The translations under genes were made by a program, and so were the position numbers. Positions 10,578 through 19,926 of a DNA stretch of 64,000 bases are shown here, in pieces. This stretch comes from an uncultured Acidobacteriota bacterium (GTDB lineage Bacteria; Acidobacteriota; UBA6911): contig CAWJKZ010000015.1 of the NCBI GenBank assembly GCA_963843575.1, positions 251,911-315,910 on the forward strand, given 5' to 3'. Positions within the stretch are counted from its first letter, which is position 1, and each line of letters begins with the position of its first letter. The notes below the pieces were generated by a model. The model ran no database searches. It was not told where the DNA came from and worked only from the letters and a program-made list of their open reading frames with translations.

Positions 10578-11855
10578 TTAACGACCCGGCACCACCGTGT
10601 AACTCCGGGTGCCCGGATTCCAGGCGAGCTGCGGGCAGCCAGGGCAGGCGTCCGCCGGCTCGTTCACATGAATCAGCGAAGGCTGCCAGCCGGGGAGCGT
10701 CAGGGCGGTGTTCGCGCCAATCCACGGGTTTTCCGGGAATTGGGTGACCAGCACGGGCCGCGGTGTCATGCCTCGCAGTCGCGCCACCAGCTCGGCGGTC
10801 GGGGCGGCCCTGGCGATGTACTGCGGGTCCTTTACGAGCCAGAGATACGCGATATTGACAACAACAAAGGCGGCGACGTACCCGGTGAGCCAGCGGCCGC
10901 GTGTCCCCGCACCAACCAGCGACGCGATGAGCCAGGCGAGCCCCACGGCGGCGAGGTACTGGTTGCGGCTCGGGACGTGCGTCTGATAGGTGAGGAAAAT
11001 GTACGGAAGCAGGCAGAAGACGATCCAGGCCGCCGACGCGGTCGTTTTTTTGAGTGAGGGCCGAACGCCTCGGGCCAGGGCAAGCGCGACGGCCAGGTAG
11101 CCCCAGGGGAAAAGCATGCGGTGCGCGCTGTTGACGAGCACCCAGGCGGCGCGCGGGTGGACCTCGTAAAGCCCGTGACTCAGCAGGGCATTCGTCTTCA
11201 TGGTCGCGATGTAGACCGCAGCAAACGGCGCGACCAGGGCGGCCATCAACAGGTACTCTTTCCGGAAGCGCCACCTGCCGGAGTCGACATAGTCCACGAG
11301 GGGCACCAGGAGCAGCAGGACGAGCCCCGATTCCTTGCTGAAGAGGGCGGCTGCGCCTAGCACCGTGAACCAGCCGAACCGCTCGTGCGTCCACGCCAGC
11401 AGCGCTCCGAGGACGCACGCTGTCATCAGCGGCTCGTTCATTCCCGCGAGCCACATCACCCCTTCCTGCGGATTCTGGTAGACGACAAAGAACACTGCCG
11501 CGAGCGCCGCGATTTGCCGCCCGGCGGCGAGCCGGTCCGTCAGCTTCCAGACCATCAAGGTATTGGCGAGGTGAAGGGCCATGGAGAAGGCGTAGAAGAA
11601 CTCCGGGCGGTAGCCCGCCAGCATTTTGAGGAGGGCGAAGCAGGCATAACACGTGGCCCTGAACGTCTCCGGGGGTATGGACAACAGATAGGCCGGGTCC
11701 CGTTTGAGGTCCTCGAGCCGGCCGAGCACCACGTAGTCGTCCGAGATGAAGCCGTTGTTGAATGCGGGTGCGTAGGCCGCCAGGACCAGGCCCGCGAGCA
11801 GAAGAGGGAAAGCCCAGTTTCTTGCCGCGGCGGCAAGTCGCGTGCTGCGTGTCAT
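10578..11855 (-). CDS. Polytopic membrane protein, GT-C fold glycosyltransferase-like (PMT/GT39-like)
   Basis: N-terminal TM then GFISDDY; LHLANTLMVW; EGVMW; ALFSKE motif; many TM helices. Confidence 0.7.
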   Translation of the reverse strand: MTRSTRLAAAARNWAFPLLLAGLVLAAYAPAFNNGFISDDYVVLGRLEDLKRDPAYLLSIPPETFRATCYACFALLKMLAGYRPEFFYAFSMALHLANTLMVWKLTDRLAAGRQIAALAAVFFVVYQNPQEGVMWLAGMNEPLMTACVLGALLAWTHERFGWFTVLGAAALFSKESGLVLLLLVPLVDYVDSGRWRFRKEYLLMAALVAPFAAVYIATMKTNALLSHGLYEVHPRAAWVLVNSAHRMLFPWGYLAVALALARGVRPSLKKTTASAAWIVFCLLPYIFLTYQTHVPSRNQYLAAVGLAWLIASLVGAGTRGRWLTGYVAAFVVVNIAYLWLVKDPQYIARAAPTAELVARLRGMTPRPVLVTQFPENPWIGANTALTLPGWQPSLIHVNEPADACPGCPQLAWNPGTRSYTVVPGR

Positions 11856-12014
11856 CCCTGGCCCGTCTCCTTCGCGGTGGCGGCATTATAATACCGTTCA
11901 AGAGCTTCTTCCGGGCGCGGCGGCCGAATTCGCTTTGAGCCTGCCGACTCTCGCGATAATACTCGGGAGAGCCGCTCCCGAAGTCCGGGGGACAACTCGA
12001 GAGGAGAGAACTCC

Positions 12015-13481
12015 ATGAAGAAGGCACTCCTTCTGCTATTGCCTGTCTGGACGGTGTGGACCGGGGCGCAAGCGGCAGCCGCCCGGCAGCAGCCGGGGCG
12101 GAACCTGGTCGACAACCCCGGGTTCGAGACGCCCGCGGGCGCCGGCGGGTTGGCGGCGGCGTGGAACACGGGGTTCGCCCGCCCCGAGGTGGCACCGGCA
12201 TTTTCAATAGACTCCACGGTAGCGCATTCGGGACATTCGTCGGCGCGCACGACTGCCCAGGGGAGTCCCGGGACCCTGGGGTACTGGACGACGACGGTGA
12301 AGGGCATTCACGCAGGGACCGACGATTCCGGGCCGACCCAGCTGACGGTCCGGGGCGGGGACTTCCTGAGCGACAAGCACTATCGGGTGAGCTGCTTTTT
12401 CAAGACGCAGGGGATAGAATCGCCCTCCCGCAGCGTCTGGATCCGCGTGAGCTGGCTGGACGGGGAGGGCCGCGAGGTGTTCACGCAGCTTCTCTCCCGG
12501 TTCGTCAGGGAGGGGGAGTGGTATCGGGCCGAACAGGTGATGGCCGCCCCGCGGCCGGCGCGCGGCGTGACCCTCCAGCTCGCGTTGCAGTGGACCCCCG
12601 GGGGCACCGTGTGGTGGGACGACGTCAGCGTCGAAGAGGCTCCAGCGCCTGCGCAGCGCCGGATCAAGGTCGGCACCGTGAGCTACCAGCCGCCCGGCCG
12701 GTCGACCCCGGAAAGGAACCGCACCTTCTACGCCGAGAAGATCGCGGCGGCCGGCAAACTCGGTGTCGATCTTCTCTGCCTGGGAGAAGGCATCACGGTC
12801 GTGTCGACGGGAAGGAGCTACGCCGACGTCGCCGAGCCGGTTCCCGGGCCTACCAGCCGGGCTCTTGGGGAAGCGGCCCGCAAAACGCGGATGTATGTCG
12901 TCGCGGGTATCTACGAGCGCGAGGGCCCGCTGATCTACAACACCGCCCTGCTGATCGACCGCGAAGGGAACGTGGCCGGAAAGTACCGCAAGACCCACCT
13001 GCCCGAGACCGAAGTGATCGCCGGCCTCACCCCGGGCTCCACGTACCCCGTCTTCAGGACGGATTTCGGAACCCTGGGGATCGAGATCTGTTACGACAAC
13101 TTCTTTCCCGAGGTGGCGCGCAACCTTGCGCTGAACGGGGCCGAGATCATCCTTTTGCCGATCTGGGGCGACCTGCGGAACCAGGACTACGCCTGGGACG
13201 TGGTTGCGCGCGCGCGGGCCATTGACAACGCCGTTTTCCTGGTGGCGTCGATCTACAGCAACCGGAGGAGCCTGATCATCAGTCCGGACGGCCGCATCCT
13301 GGCCGACACCGCCTGGGAAGAGGGACTCGTCACCGCCGACATCAACCTGGATGCGCGCACGTTCGAACGGTGGCTCTCGGTTGGCAGCTATGGCGAGTGG
13401 AAGAACCTCTACCCCCAGGAGCGCCGTCACGAAACCTACGAGGACCTCGTCCGCCCAGCCGAGGGGAAACAGCCCCGGTAA
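12015..13481 (+). CDS. Secreted carbon-nitrogen hydrolase (nitrilase superfamily) with N-terminal CBM4/9-like beta-sandwich
   Basis: Signal peptide; NLVDNPGFE...WWDDVSVEE domain; catalytic E (LCLGEG), K (YRKTHL), C (ICYD). Confidence 0.85.
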   Translation: MKKALLLLLPVWTVWTGAQAAAARQQPGRNLVDNPGFETPAGAGGLAAAWNTGFARPEVAPAFSIDSTVAHSGHSSARTTAQGSPGTLGYWTTTVKGIHAGTDDSGPTQLTVRGGDFLSDKHYRVSCFFKTQGIESPSRSVWIRVSWLDGEGREVFTQLLSRFVREGEWYRAEQVMAAPRPARGVTLQLALQWTPGGTVWWDDVSVEEAPAPAQRRIKVGTVSYQPPGRSTPERNRTFYAEKIAAAGKLGVDLLCLGEGITVVSTGRSYADVAEPVPGPTSRALGEAARKTRMYVVAGIYEREGPLIYNTALLIDREGNVAGKYRKTHLPETEVIAGLTPGSTYPVFRTDFGTLGIEICYDNFFPEVARNLALNGAEIILLPIWGDLRNQDYAWDVVARARAIDNAVFLVASIYSNRRSLIISPDGRILADTAWEEGLVTADINLDARTFERWLSVGSYGEWKNLYPQERRHETYEDLVRPAEGKQPR

Positions 13482-13491
13482 GAACGGCAAA

Positions 13492-13880
13492 GAACAAGTG
13501 GGTCCGGGCTTCAGCCCGGACGTCTTTTGATCTGATCTATGTGGCGACGGGCGCACGCTATAGCGACCGCAAACGCGTCCGGGCTGAAGAGGCTGTCCAA
13601 CGATTGAAGCACCCGCCCCGCCCGCACAACAAGTGGGTCCGGGCTTCAGCCCGGACGTCTTAGATCTGATCTAAGTGGTGGCGGGCGCACGTTACAGCGA
13701 CCGCAAACCGCGTCCGGGCTGAAGAGGCTGTCCAACGATTGAAGCACCCGCCCCGCCCGCACAACAAGTGGGTCCGGGCTTCAGCCCGGACGTCTTTAGA
13801 TCTGATCTATGTGGTGGCGGGCGCACGTTATAGCGACCGCAAAGCGCGTCCGGGCTGAAGCCCGGACCCACTTGTTGTGC
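13492..13880. repeat. REP/REPIN cluster: about 3 tandem units of ~135 bp
   Basis: AAGTGGGTCCGGGCTTCAGCCCGGAC at 13496, 13631, 13766; inverted copy at 13848-13873; half-REPs at 13577 and 13712 fused to GAGGCTGTCCAACGATTGA. Confidence 0.9.
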
Positions 13881-13908
13881 TGACGGGATCGGGCAGATTG
13901 GAGGAGGC

Positions 13909-16461
13909 ATGGGAGAGGTCGGGCTTCACAGGAGCGTTGACGGGCCGGCTTCGGCTGCGTTCTCGCCCGTCCCGCTGCCGGGGACGATGGGGCTGCCCGA
14001 TTTGGCCTCGGCCCGCCTTTCCCGTGCGCTGCGGGAGCGGTTGGCGTGGGCGCCCTCGGGCGAGTGCGTCGGCTGGGGCATCCCGTTTCGGATCGGCAAG
14101 GTGGTTCTGGTGCAGGACAGCCCGGTCGAGCTGAGGTGGCCGCCCGTTCTGGCCGGCTGGCTCGTGTTGATGCACACGACCGACATCGTCGCACCGCGAC
14201 TCGACCGCCACGGGCTCATCGAGTCTGTCCGCGGTCCGGCAGCCTTGGGGAAGCAGGTCGCCGAGTATGTGTTCCTGTTCGACGACGGAACCGAGATCGG
14301 CGTCCCTGTCCGGGGGCAGCAGCAGATCGGCGTCGTGTTTCAGGACTGGGGACTCCCGTGCTTCGAGGCGGTGGCACACCGCAAGCCGGCTCCCGGCCGC
14401 ACCCTGTCCGAACAGCCGAGGCCGGGTGTGACCTGGGGCGGGTCGCAGTCGCTCGTCGTTCAACCCGACCTCCTGGCGTGGACCAACTGGCTTTGGGCCT
14501 GGGCGAACCCTCATCCGGGGAAAGGAATCGTCGGCATGCGCGTCAAGCCCGGCGCGGCCGCCGTCATCCTTTCGGCGTTGGCGGCCGGAACCGTGGCGGA
14601 TCACCCGTTGCGCTGGGGGCCACGGCGCAAAGCGATCCTGCGACTGAGGAAAGAGGAGGGTTTCGACCCCAGCCTGAGCGACATGGGGCTGCTTGCCAAC
14701 CTGCAGGTCGATCTCGGCCAGGTCATTTCGGCGCGGCGGCGCACGGTTTATCCCGGCGCTTCATGGGAAGGCACGTACAACAACCAGACGCCAGAATTGT
14801 CCGCGGACGAAATCCTCGTCGAATACGCTTCACACCCCGAAGCCGTGTTCCACCTGTCCGGTGGAGCGACAATCCCCGTCGCCGCGCTCGAGACGGGGCC
14901 CGCGGACCGTCTGATGCCTGTAGCGCCGGCCACGCACCGCGTACGGCTTCGTGTGGTCGAGAGATCCTCCGGTAACCCAGTAGCCGTGAAACTGCACGTC
15001 CACGGGGAGTCCGGAGAATACCTCGCGCCGGTCGACCGCCACCGCCTTCCGAACACGTTCTGGTACGAGGACTTGAGCGTGGATTACGTGGTGCCGGGCG
15101 GGCACGCCTGCTCCTATATCACGGGTGAGACGACCATAGACCTCCCCGTCGGCAAGGTCTACGTGGAGATCAGCAAGGGGTTTGAGATCCGGCCGGTGCG
15201 CCGGGTTGTCGACGTCCGCCCGGACACGTCCGAACTGGTCTTTACGCTCGACCGGATTCTGGACTGGCGCGGTAAGGGTTGGGTTACGGCCGATACGCAC
15301 GTCCACTTCCTCTCTCCGCCGAGCGCCTGGCTCGAAGGCGCGGGAGAGGACGTCAACGTCGTCAACCTGCTGGCCAGCCAGTGGGGCGAGCTGATGACCA
15401 ACGTAGGCGATTTCGACGGCCGCACCACCCATGGCGCGCGCGAGACGGGGGGCGACGGCCAGTACCTGGTGCGCGTCGGGACGGAAAACCGCCAGCACGT
15501 GCTCGGGCACATCTCGCTGCTTGGCTACAACGGCCGGATCATCGCTCCGATGACCACGGGTGGACCCGACGAATCCGCGCTGGGGGACCCCATCGAGACG
15601 CTGCTGACGGAGTGGGCGCGCCAGTGCCGCAGCCAGGGCGGGATCGTGATCGTGCCGCATTTCCCGCGCCCGCGCGCCGAACACGCGGCCGCGATCGTCA
15701 GCGGGGACGTCGACGGGATCGAGATGACGTCGTGGGAGAACCTGCACGGCGGTATCGACCCCTACTCTCTCGCGGACTGGTATCGCTACCTGAACAACGG
15801 CCACTTCGTCGCCGCGGTCGGCGGCACCGACAAGATGGCCGCAACCACCGCGGTAGGGACCGTCCGCACGTATGCCTTGCTGGCGCCGGGCCGCGCGTTC
15901 GACTACGACGCCTGGAAGGACGCAGTCCGGGCCGGGAACACGTTCGTGACCTATGGGCCCCTCATGGAGTTTTCCGTCGACGGGAGGCCTCCCGGGGCGC
16001 GCATCCGCATGACCCACACCGGCGCAGCCATGAGCGTCGAGTGGCGCGTCGCGAGCGTGACGGTTCCGCTGTCCCGCGTCGAGCTTGTCGTCAACGGCGA
16101 GATTCGCGAGAGCCGAGCGGTGGATTCCGGGGACGAGGGCGGCCATTGGGAGGTGAAGGTCGACCGGAGTTCCTGGCTCGCCCTGCTCGTGCGCGGCCAC
16201 CACCCCGACAAGCCGGAAATCGTCGCAGCCCACTCGTCGCCCGTGATGGTCGAGGTGGAGGGGCTGCCGTTCTTTGCCGCCGCCGACGCGTTGAGCATCC
16301 TCGAGCAGATCGAAGGTACGCTCGTCTTCTTCGACACGCTTGGCACCCGTGCCGAAACGGCCGCTTACAGGCGGATGCGACTTGTCCTGACCGCTGCGTA
16401 CCGCTCCCTGCACAACCGACTGCACCAGAACGGCTTCACGCACCACCACAAGGTGGAGTGA
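13909..16461 (+). CDS. CehA/McbA family (PHP-like) metallohydrolase
   Basis: GWVTADTHVHF, GTENR...GHISLL, VPHFP, VGGTD, GNTFVTYGP motifs; GGAGG RBS. Confidence 0.8.
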   Translation: MGEVGLHRSVDGPASAAFSPVPLPGTMGLPDLASARLSRALRERLAWAPSGECVGWGIPFRIGKVVLVQDSPVELRWPPVLAGWLVLMHTTDIVAPRLDRHGLIESVRGPAALGKQVAEYVFLFDDGTEIGVPVRGQQQIGVVFQDWGLPCFEAVAHRKPAPGRTLSEQPRPGVTWGGSQSLVVQPDLLAWTNWLWAWANPHPGKGIVGMRVKPGAAAVILSALAAGTVADHPLRWGPRRKAILRLRKEEGFDPSLSDMGLLANLQVDLGQVISARRRTVYPGASWEGTYNNQTPELSADEILVEYASHPEAVFHLSGGATIPVAALETGPADRLMPVAPATHRVRLRVVERSSGNPVAVKLHVHGESGEYLAPVDRHRLPNTFWYEDLSVDYVVPGGHACSYITGETTIDLPVGKVYVEISKGFEIRPVRRVVDVRPDTSELVFTLDRILDWRGKGWVTADTHVHFLSPPSAWLEGAGEDVNVVNLLASQWGELMTNVGDFDGRTTHGARETGGDGQYLVRVGTENRQHVLGHISLLGYNGRIIAPMTTGGPDESALGDPIETLLTEWARQCRSQGGIVIVPHFPRPRAEHAAAIVSGDVDGIEMTSWENLHGGIDPYSLADWYRYLNNGHFVAAVGGTDKMAATTAVGTVRTYALLAPGRAFDYDAWKDAVRAGNTFVTYGPLMEFSVDGRPPGARIRMTHTGAAMSVEWRVASVTVPLSRVELVVNGEIRESRAVDSGDEGGHWEVKVDRSSWLALLVRGHHPDKPEIVAAHSSPVMVEVEGLPFFAAADALSILEQIEGTLVFFDTLGTRAETAAYRRMRLVLTAAYRSLHNRLHQNGFTHHHKVE

Positions 16462-16478
16462 TGCGCTGCAGGAGCTCT

Positions 16479-16575
16479 GCGCGGCGAACACAAGCAAAAG
16501 ACCGGCCACGGAAAGCACGGAAGAACACGGAAAAATCACATTTGAAACTCCGTGATTTCCGTGTCTTCCGTGGCT
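16479..16575. repeat. Second copy of the CACGGAA/TTCCGTG short-repeat element
   Basis: gccacggaaagcacggaagaacacggaaaa...ctccgtgatttccgtgtcttccgtggctgg; similar to 10445-10570; between convergent genes. Confidence 0.7.
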
Positions 16576-16607
16576 GGCTCCTGATATTGATCACGCAGGC
16601 GGAGCCG

Positions 16608-18704
16608 CTACGGTGCAGTGGCGATGTCGACGTACCCGCGCCGGCCCAGGAATTGGAAGTAGCCGACGAAGTCGAAATCCTGCGGCCCCAGCTCGAGTTC
16701 GGTGAGGCGGATGACCTCGGCCAGGCTTCGCTTGCCATCGCACCAGTATAGTGCGGTCTGCAGCAGGTTATCCCACGCGCCGGCAGGCCAGCCCTCGCGC
16801 TTCTCGACTGGGAGGTCGTCGAAGGTGATGCTCCCGATCCGCTTGCGCTTGACGACAATCTGGGGAGCCTGGGCCCGGCGCGGGTCGGCCGGCGCCGCCA
16901 CGGCCCTGACCGGCACCGGCGCTCCGAGTTCCCGGGCGCGCCGGTCGGCGGCCTGGTGGAGCCGTTCGGCCTGGGTATCCGCGAACCGCTGGATGTTTTT
17001 CAGCATCGGATCGAGCGTGGGGCGGATCCGGTCGCGTTGCGCGGCTGCAGCCAGCCGGAGCGCGGACAGGAGCGCGTCCTGGTCACGGCTCGCGGTGTAG
17101 GCCACTTTCTCGAGCCCCGTGTGCAACTCCTTCCCGAGGTTTTCGGGTTTGTCGACGCGTGCGATTCTGTCCAGGAACGGCTCCGCCGAGCGCGCGACGT
17201 TTTCGAGACTCCTAGTGGCGGTGATTTCACCCAGCCACGGGATCTCGGCCTCGCCGGCGTTCGCCAGGTAATAAAGGTAGGCGGCCAGCATCGAGCTAAT
17301 GTCGCGCAACGAGCGGCGGTCGACCCTGTCCACGGTGTCGGCGCCGTTATGGTGCACGTTGACGCCCGCGCTGCCGCTCGCTGCCACGTTGGGAACGCCG
17401 ATGAGCGGATCGCTCAGGTAGGTGTCGGTGCCGGGCCCCCAGGCGCTCCAGTGCGGGAATCGGCGCCTTGCGCCCGTGAATCCGTAATAAGTCTCAGCGA
17501 CGCGCATGACGAGCGCATCCTGGTAGGAGCGGGCCACGTCCGGGTTCATCCGGAAGAAGTACTCCGTGCCCGACAGCTCGTAGGGGCCGGCGGCGGAGTC
17601 GACACAGATCGCGCCGATGGTCCGCTTTATGCGTTCCGGGTTGGTGGCGACGTAGTGCATGGAGCCGTACAGTTCCGGCATCGCCAGCACCCGGATGCTG
17701 CGCCGCGGCGGCTTCAGCTTTCCGGCCTGGATCGCGCGATTGAGGGTGGCGAGGGCCTCGAGCATCGAGGAGACCCCGGTGGCGTTGTCGTTGGCGCCCG
17801 GCTCGGTCGTGTGACCCAGCTCCAGCACTTCCTCGTCGGATCCGCTTCCTTCGATCACGCCCGTGGCGTAGGGGTAGGACCCCGAGTAGAGGCGCGCATC
17901 GACGAGCGCCTTGACCCTGACCTTGCCGTAACGGACGAGCAGGTTGCGCAGATAGGTGCCCTGCCTCGGGGTGATCGAGAAGGCCGGCATGGGGCTGCCG
18001 GCCTTGGTGAAGCCCCAGCCGCCGTCGCCGTAGGAGTTCACCCAGTAGTGGTCGGTGGCCAGGTCGGGGTTCTCCGTCGAATCACTGATGATCCCCACGA
18101 CGCCGAGTTTGGCCAGCGCGGCCTTGATCTCGCCCAGCTTGATGGTGGCGCTGTCGCGGGCGTTGGGATTCTTCACCTCCGTGAAGAAGACGATCTTCCC
18201 CTTGACGTCGACACGGGCGATGTCTTCCGGGGCAGACGACTTCAGCTCCACCACCTCCGCCGTGATGCCGCCGGGCGGGGTTGGGCCGCTCCACATCACC
18301 AGCGAAGTCGGTTCCTGGCTGTAATCCGCGAGCGTGCGGGTTCCTGCGGGCACGGCGGGCTCGACGATTTCAAGGGTGGCCCGGTTGACGTCCCAGGCCA
18401 GCGGCATCGTCCAGAAGCCGTACTGCGTCACCCCATCGGCCGGCGTCTCAACCAGCTCGACCTTCTTCAAGCCGATCGCGTTCATCGTGCTTTGAATGTA
18501 CTCGGCGGTCTTGTGGAATTTCTGAAAGTTGAACCAGCGGTCGTTCTCGCGCACGCGCAGCACGAAATCCAGCGCCTCGTTCGGATTGACTTCGGAGCTG
18601 ACGGTGCGGATCAACGTGTCGAGCTGGGGGTCCGTGCGCAGGCTCTGCGCGGACAGGAGCATGGGAACCAGTAGCAGGACGGAGCAAACCCGTAACCACT
18701 TCAT
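16608..18704 (-). CDS. M28 family peptidase (DUF4910-like) with PA domain
   Basis: Signal peptide; ELGHTTEPGANDNATG, MPELYGS, CVDSAA, HHNGADT zinc-peptidase motifs; C-terminal WCDGKRSLAEV. Confidence 0.85.
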   Translation of the reverse strand: MKWLRVCSVLLLVPMLLSAQSLRTDPQLDTLIRTVSSEVNPNEALDFVLRVRENDRWFNFQKFHKTAEYIQSTMNAIGLKKVELVETPADGVTQYGFWTMPLAWDVNRATLEIVEPAVPAGTRTLADYSQEPTSLVMWSGPTPPGGITAEVVELKSSAPEDIARVDVKGKIVFFTEVKNPNARDSATIKLGEIKAALAKLGVVGIISDSTENPDLATDHYWVNSYGDGGWGFTKAGSPMPAFSITPRQGTYLRNLLVRYGKVRVKALVDARLYSGSYPYATGVIEGSGSDEEVLELGHTTEPGANDNATGVSSMLEALATLNRAIQAGKLKPPRRSIRVLAMPELYGSMHYVATNPERIKRTIGAICVDSAAGPYELSGTEYFFRMNPDVARSYQDALVMRVAETYYGFTGARRRFPHWSAWGPGTDTYLSDPLIGVPNVAASGSAGVNVHHNGADTVDRVDRRSLRDISSMLAAYLYYLANAGEAEIPWLGEITATRSLENVARSAEPFLDRIARVDKPENLGKELHTGLEKVAYTASRDQDALLSALRLAAAAQRDRIRPTLDPMLKNIQRFADTQAERLHQAADRRARELGAPVPVRAVAAPADPRRAQAPQIVVKRKRIGSITFDDLPVEKREGWPAGAWDNLLQTALYWCDGKRSLAEVIRLTELELGPQDFDFVGYFQFLGRRGYVDIATAP

Positions 18705-18804
18705 ACGCTCTCCTCCGATATGATGTCAAAGCCGGGGTGCGCCGATTCTAGCACAGTCTCGCGCGGCAACGTTCCGCCGTTCGGAAGCGCCTCGGAAGCG
18801 CCTG

Positions 18805-18833
18805 TTGACAGCGGGCCACGCCGGACCTACCAT
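18805..18833 (+). promoter_or_regulatory. sigma70 promoter for the GMP synthase subunit gene
   Basis: TTGACA-N17-TACCAT, 31 nt before the ATG; preceded by the direct repeat TCGGAAGCGCC x2 (18781-18802). Confidence 0.6.
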
Positions 18834-18864
18834 CGACCGACATTTCTGAGGACAGGGAGGCGGC

Positions 18865-19830
18865 ATGGCCATACAGGAAATCACGAGCGGAGGTTTGAAT
18901 CCCGGGCAGTTCATCGACGAGCAGACCAGAGCCATTTCGAGTGCGGTTGGGAACGGTTTGGCCGTCAACGCTCTCTCGGGCGGCGTCGATTCGTCTGTCG
19001 TGACGATGCTGGGCCACCGGGCCCTCGGCGACCGGCTCAAGACGTACTTCATCGACAACGGCCTGATGCGCGCCGGGGAACCGCAGCAGGTGGTCTCGAC
19101 TTTCCAGGGGCTGGGGGTGCCCGTCGAACTGCACGACGCGCGCGCGGAATTCCTCGGAGCCCTGAAGGGAATAACCGATCCGGAAGAGAAACGCGAGGCC
19201 GTCACCCAGACCTTCTACCGTCACGTTTTCGGTCGCCTCGTGCGGGAAAGCGGTGCCAGACACCTCCTGCAGGGGACGATCCTCACCGACGTCGACGAGA
19301 CGGTCGCGGGGATCAAGAGGCAGCACAACGTCTTCGAGCAGCTGGGCATCGATCCGCAGGAGGCCTTCGGCTACCGCATACTCGAGCCCCTCATACAGCT
19401 GCGCAAGGACGGGGTCCGCAAGGTGGCACAGGCTCTCGGGCTGCCGGCCGCCATATACAACCGAATGCCTTTCCCCGGGCCTGCCCTCGCCGCGCGCATC
19501 GTCGGCGAGGCGACGGCGGAGCGGCTGGAACTGGTCCGCGGCGCGACGGCGATCACGGAGTCCGAACTGGCCTCCCGCGGTGCGTTCCAGTGCATGGCCA
19601 TCCTGCACGAAGACCGAGTCACCGGGATGCGCGGCGGCCGCCGCGACTTCGGCCTGCAGATCGAGATCCGTTGTTGGGACAGCGTCGACGCCCGGCATGC
19701 CACCCCGACACGGCTTCCCTGGGAAACGCTCGAGAGGCTCAGCGCGCGCATATTGGACGAAGTGCCCGGCGTCGTCAGCGTCACCTACAACATCGCGCCA
19801 AAGCCGCCGTCGACCATGGAGGTGGTTTAG
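18865..19830 (+). CDS. GMP synthase ATP-pyrophosphatase subunit (subunit B type; no glutamine amidotransferase domain)
   Basis: PP-loop ALSGGVDSSV, IDNGLMR, TDPEEKR, LLQGTI, IKRQHNV, PFPGPALAARIVG, VTYNIAPKPPSTME. The ORF starts directly at the ATPase domain. Confidence 0.9.
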   Translation: MAIQEITSGGLNPGQFIDEQTRAISSAVGNGLAVNALSGGVDSSVVTMLGHRALGDRLKTYFIDNGLMRAGEPQQVVSTFQGLGVPVELHDARAEFLGALKGITDPEEKREAVTQTFYRHVFGRLVRESGARHLLQGTILTDVDETVAGIKRQHNVFEQLGIDPQEAFGYRILEPLIQLRKDGVRKVAQALGLPAAIYNRMPFPGPALAARIVGEATAERLELVRGATAITESELASRGAFQCMAILHEDRVTGMRGGRRDFGLQIEIRCWDSVDARHATPTRLPWETLERLSARILDEVPGVVSVTYNIAPKPPSTMEVV

Positions 19831-19926
19831 CCTCGGCGGACCGCGCCGGAGGGCAGGCCGGATCGGTGGGAGCCCGCGCCTCGAAGGCTCCAAGACCTCG
19901 AAGAATCTCCAAGAACGAGCGGCGGC

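Noticed and set aside
13492-13880. Possible CRISPR array
   Set aside because: The sequences between repeats are near-identical rather than unique, repeats occur in both orientations, and no cas genes are present. It is a REP tandem cluster.
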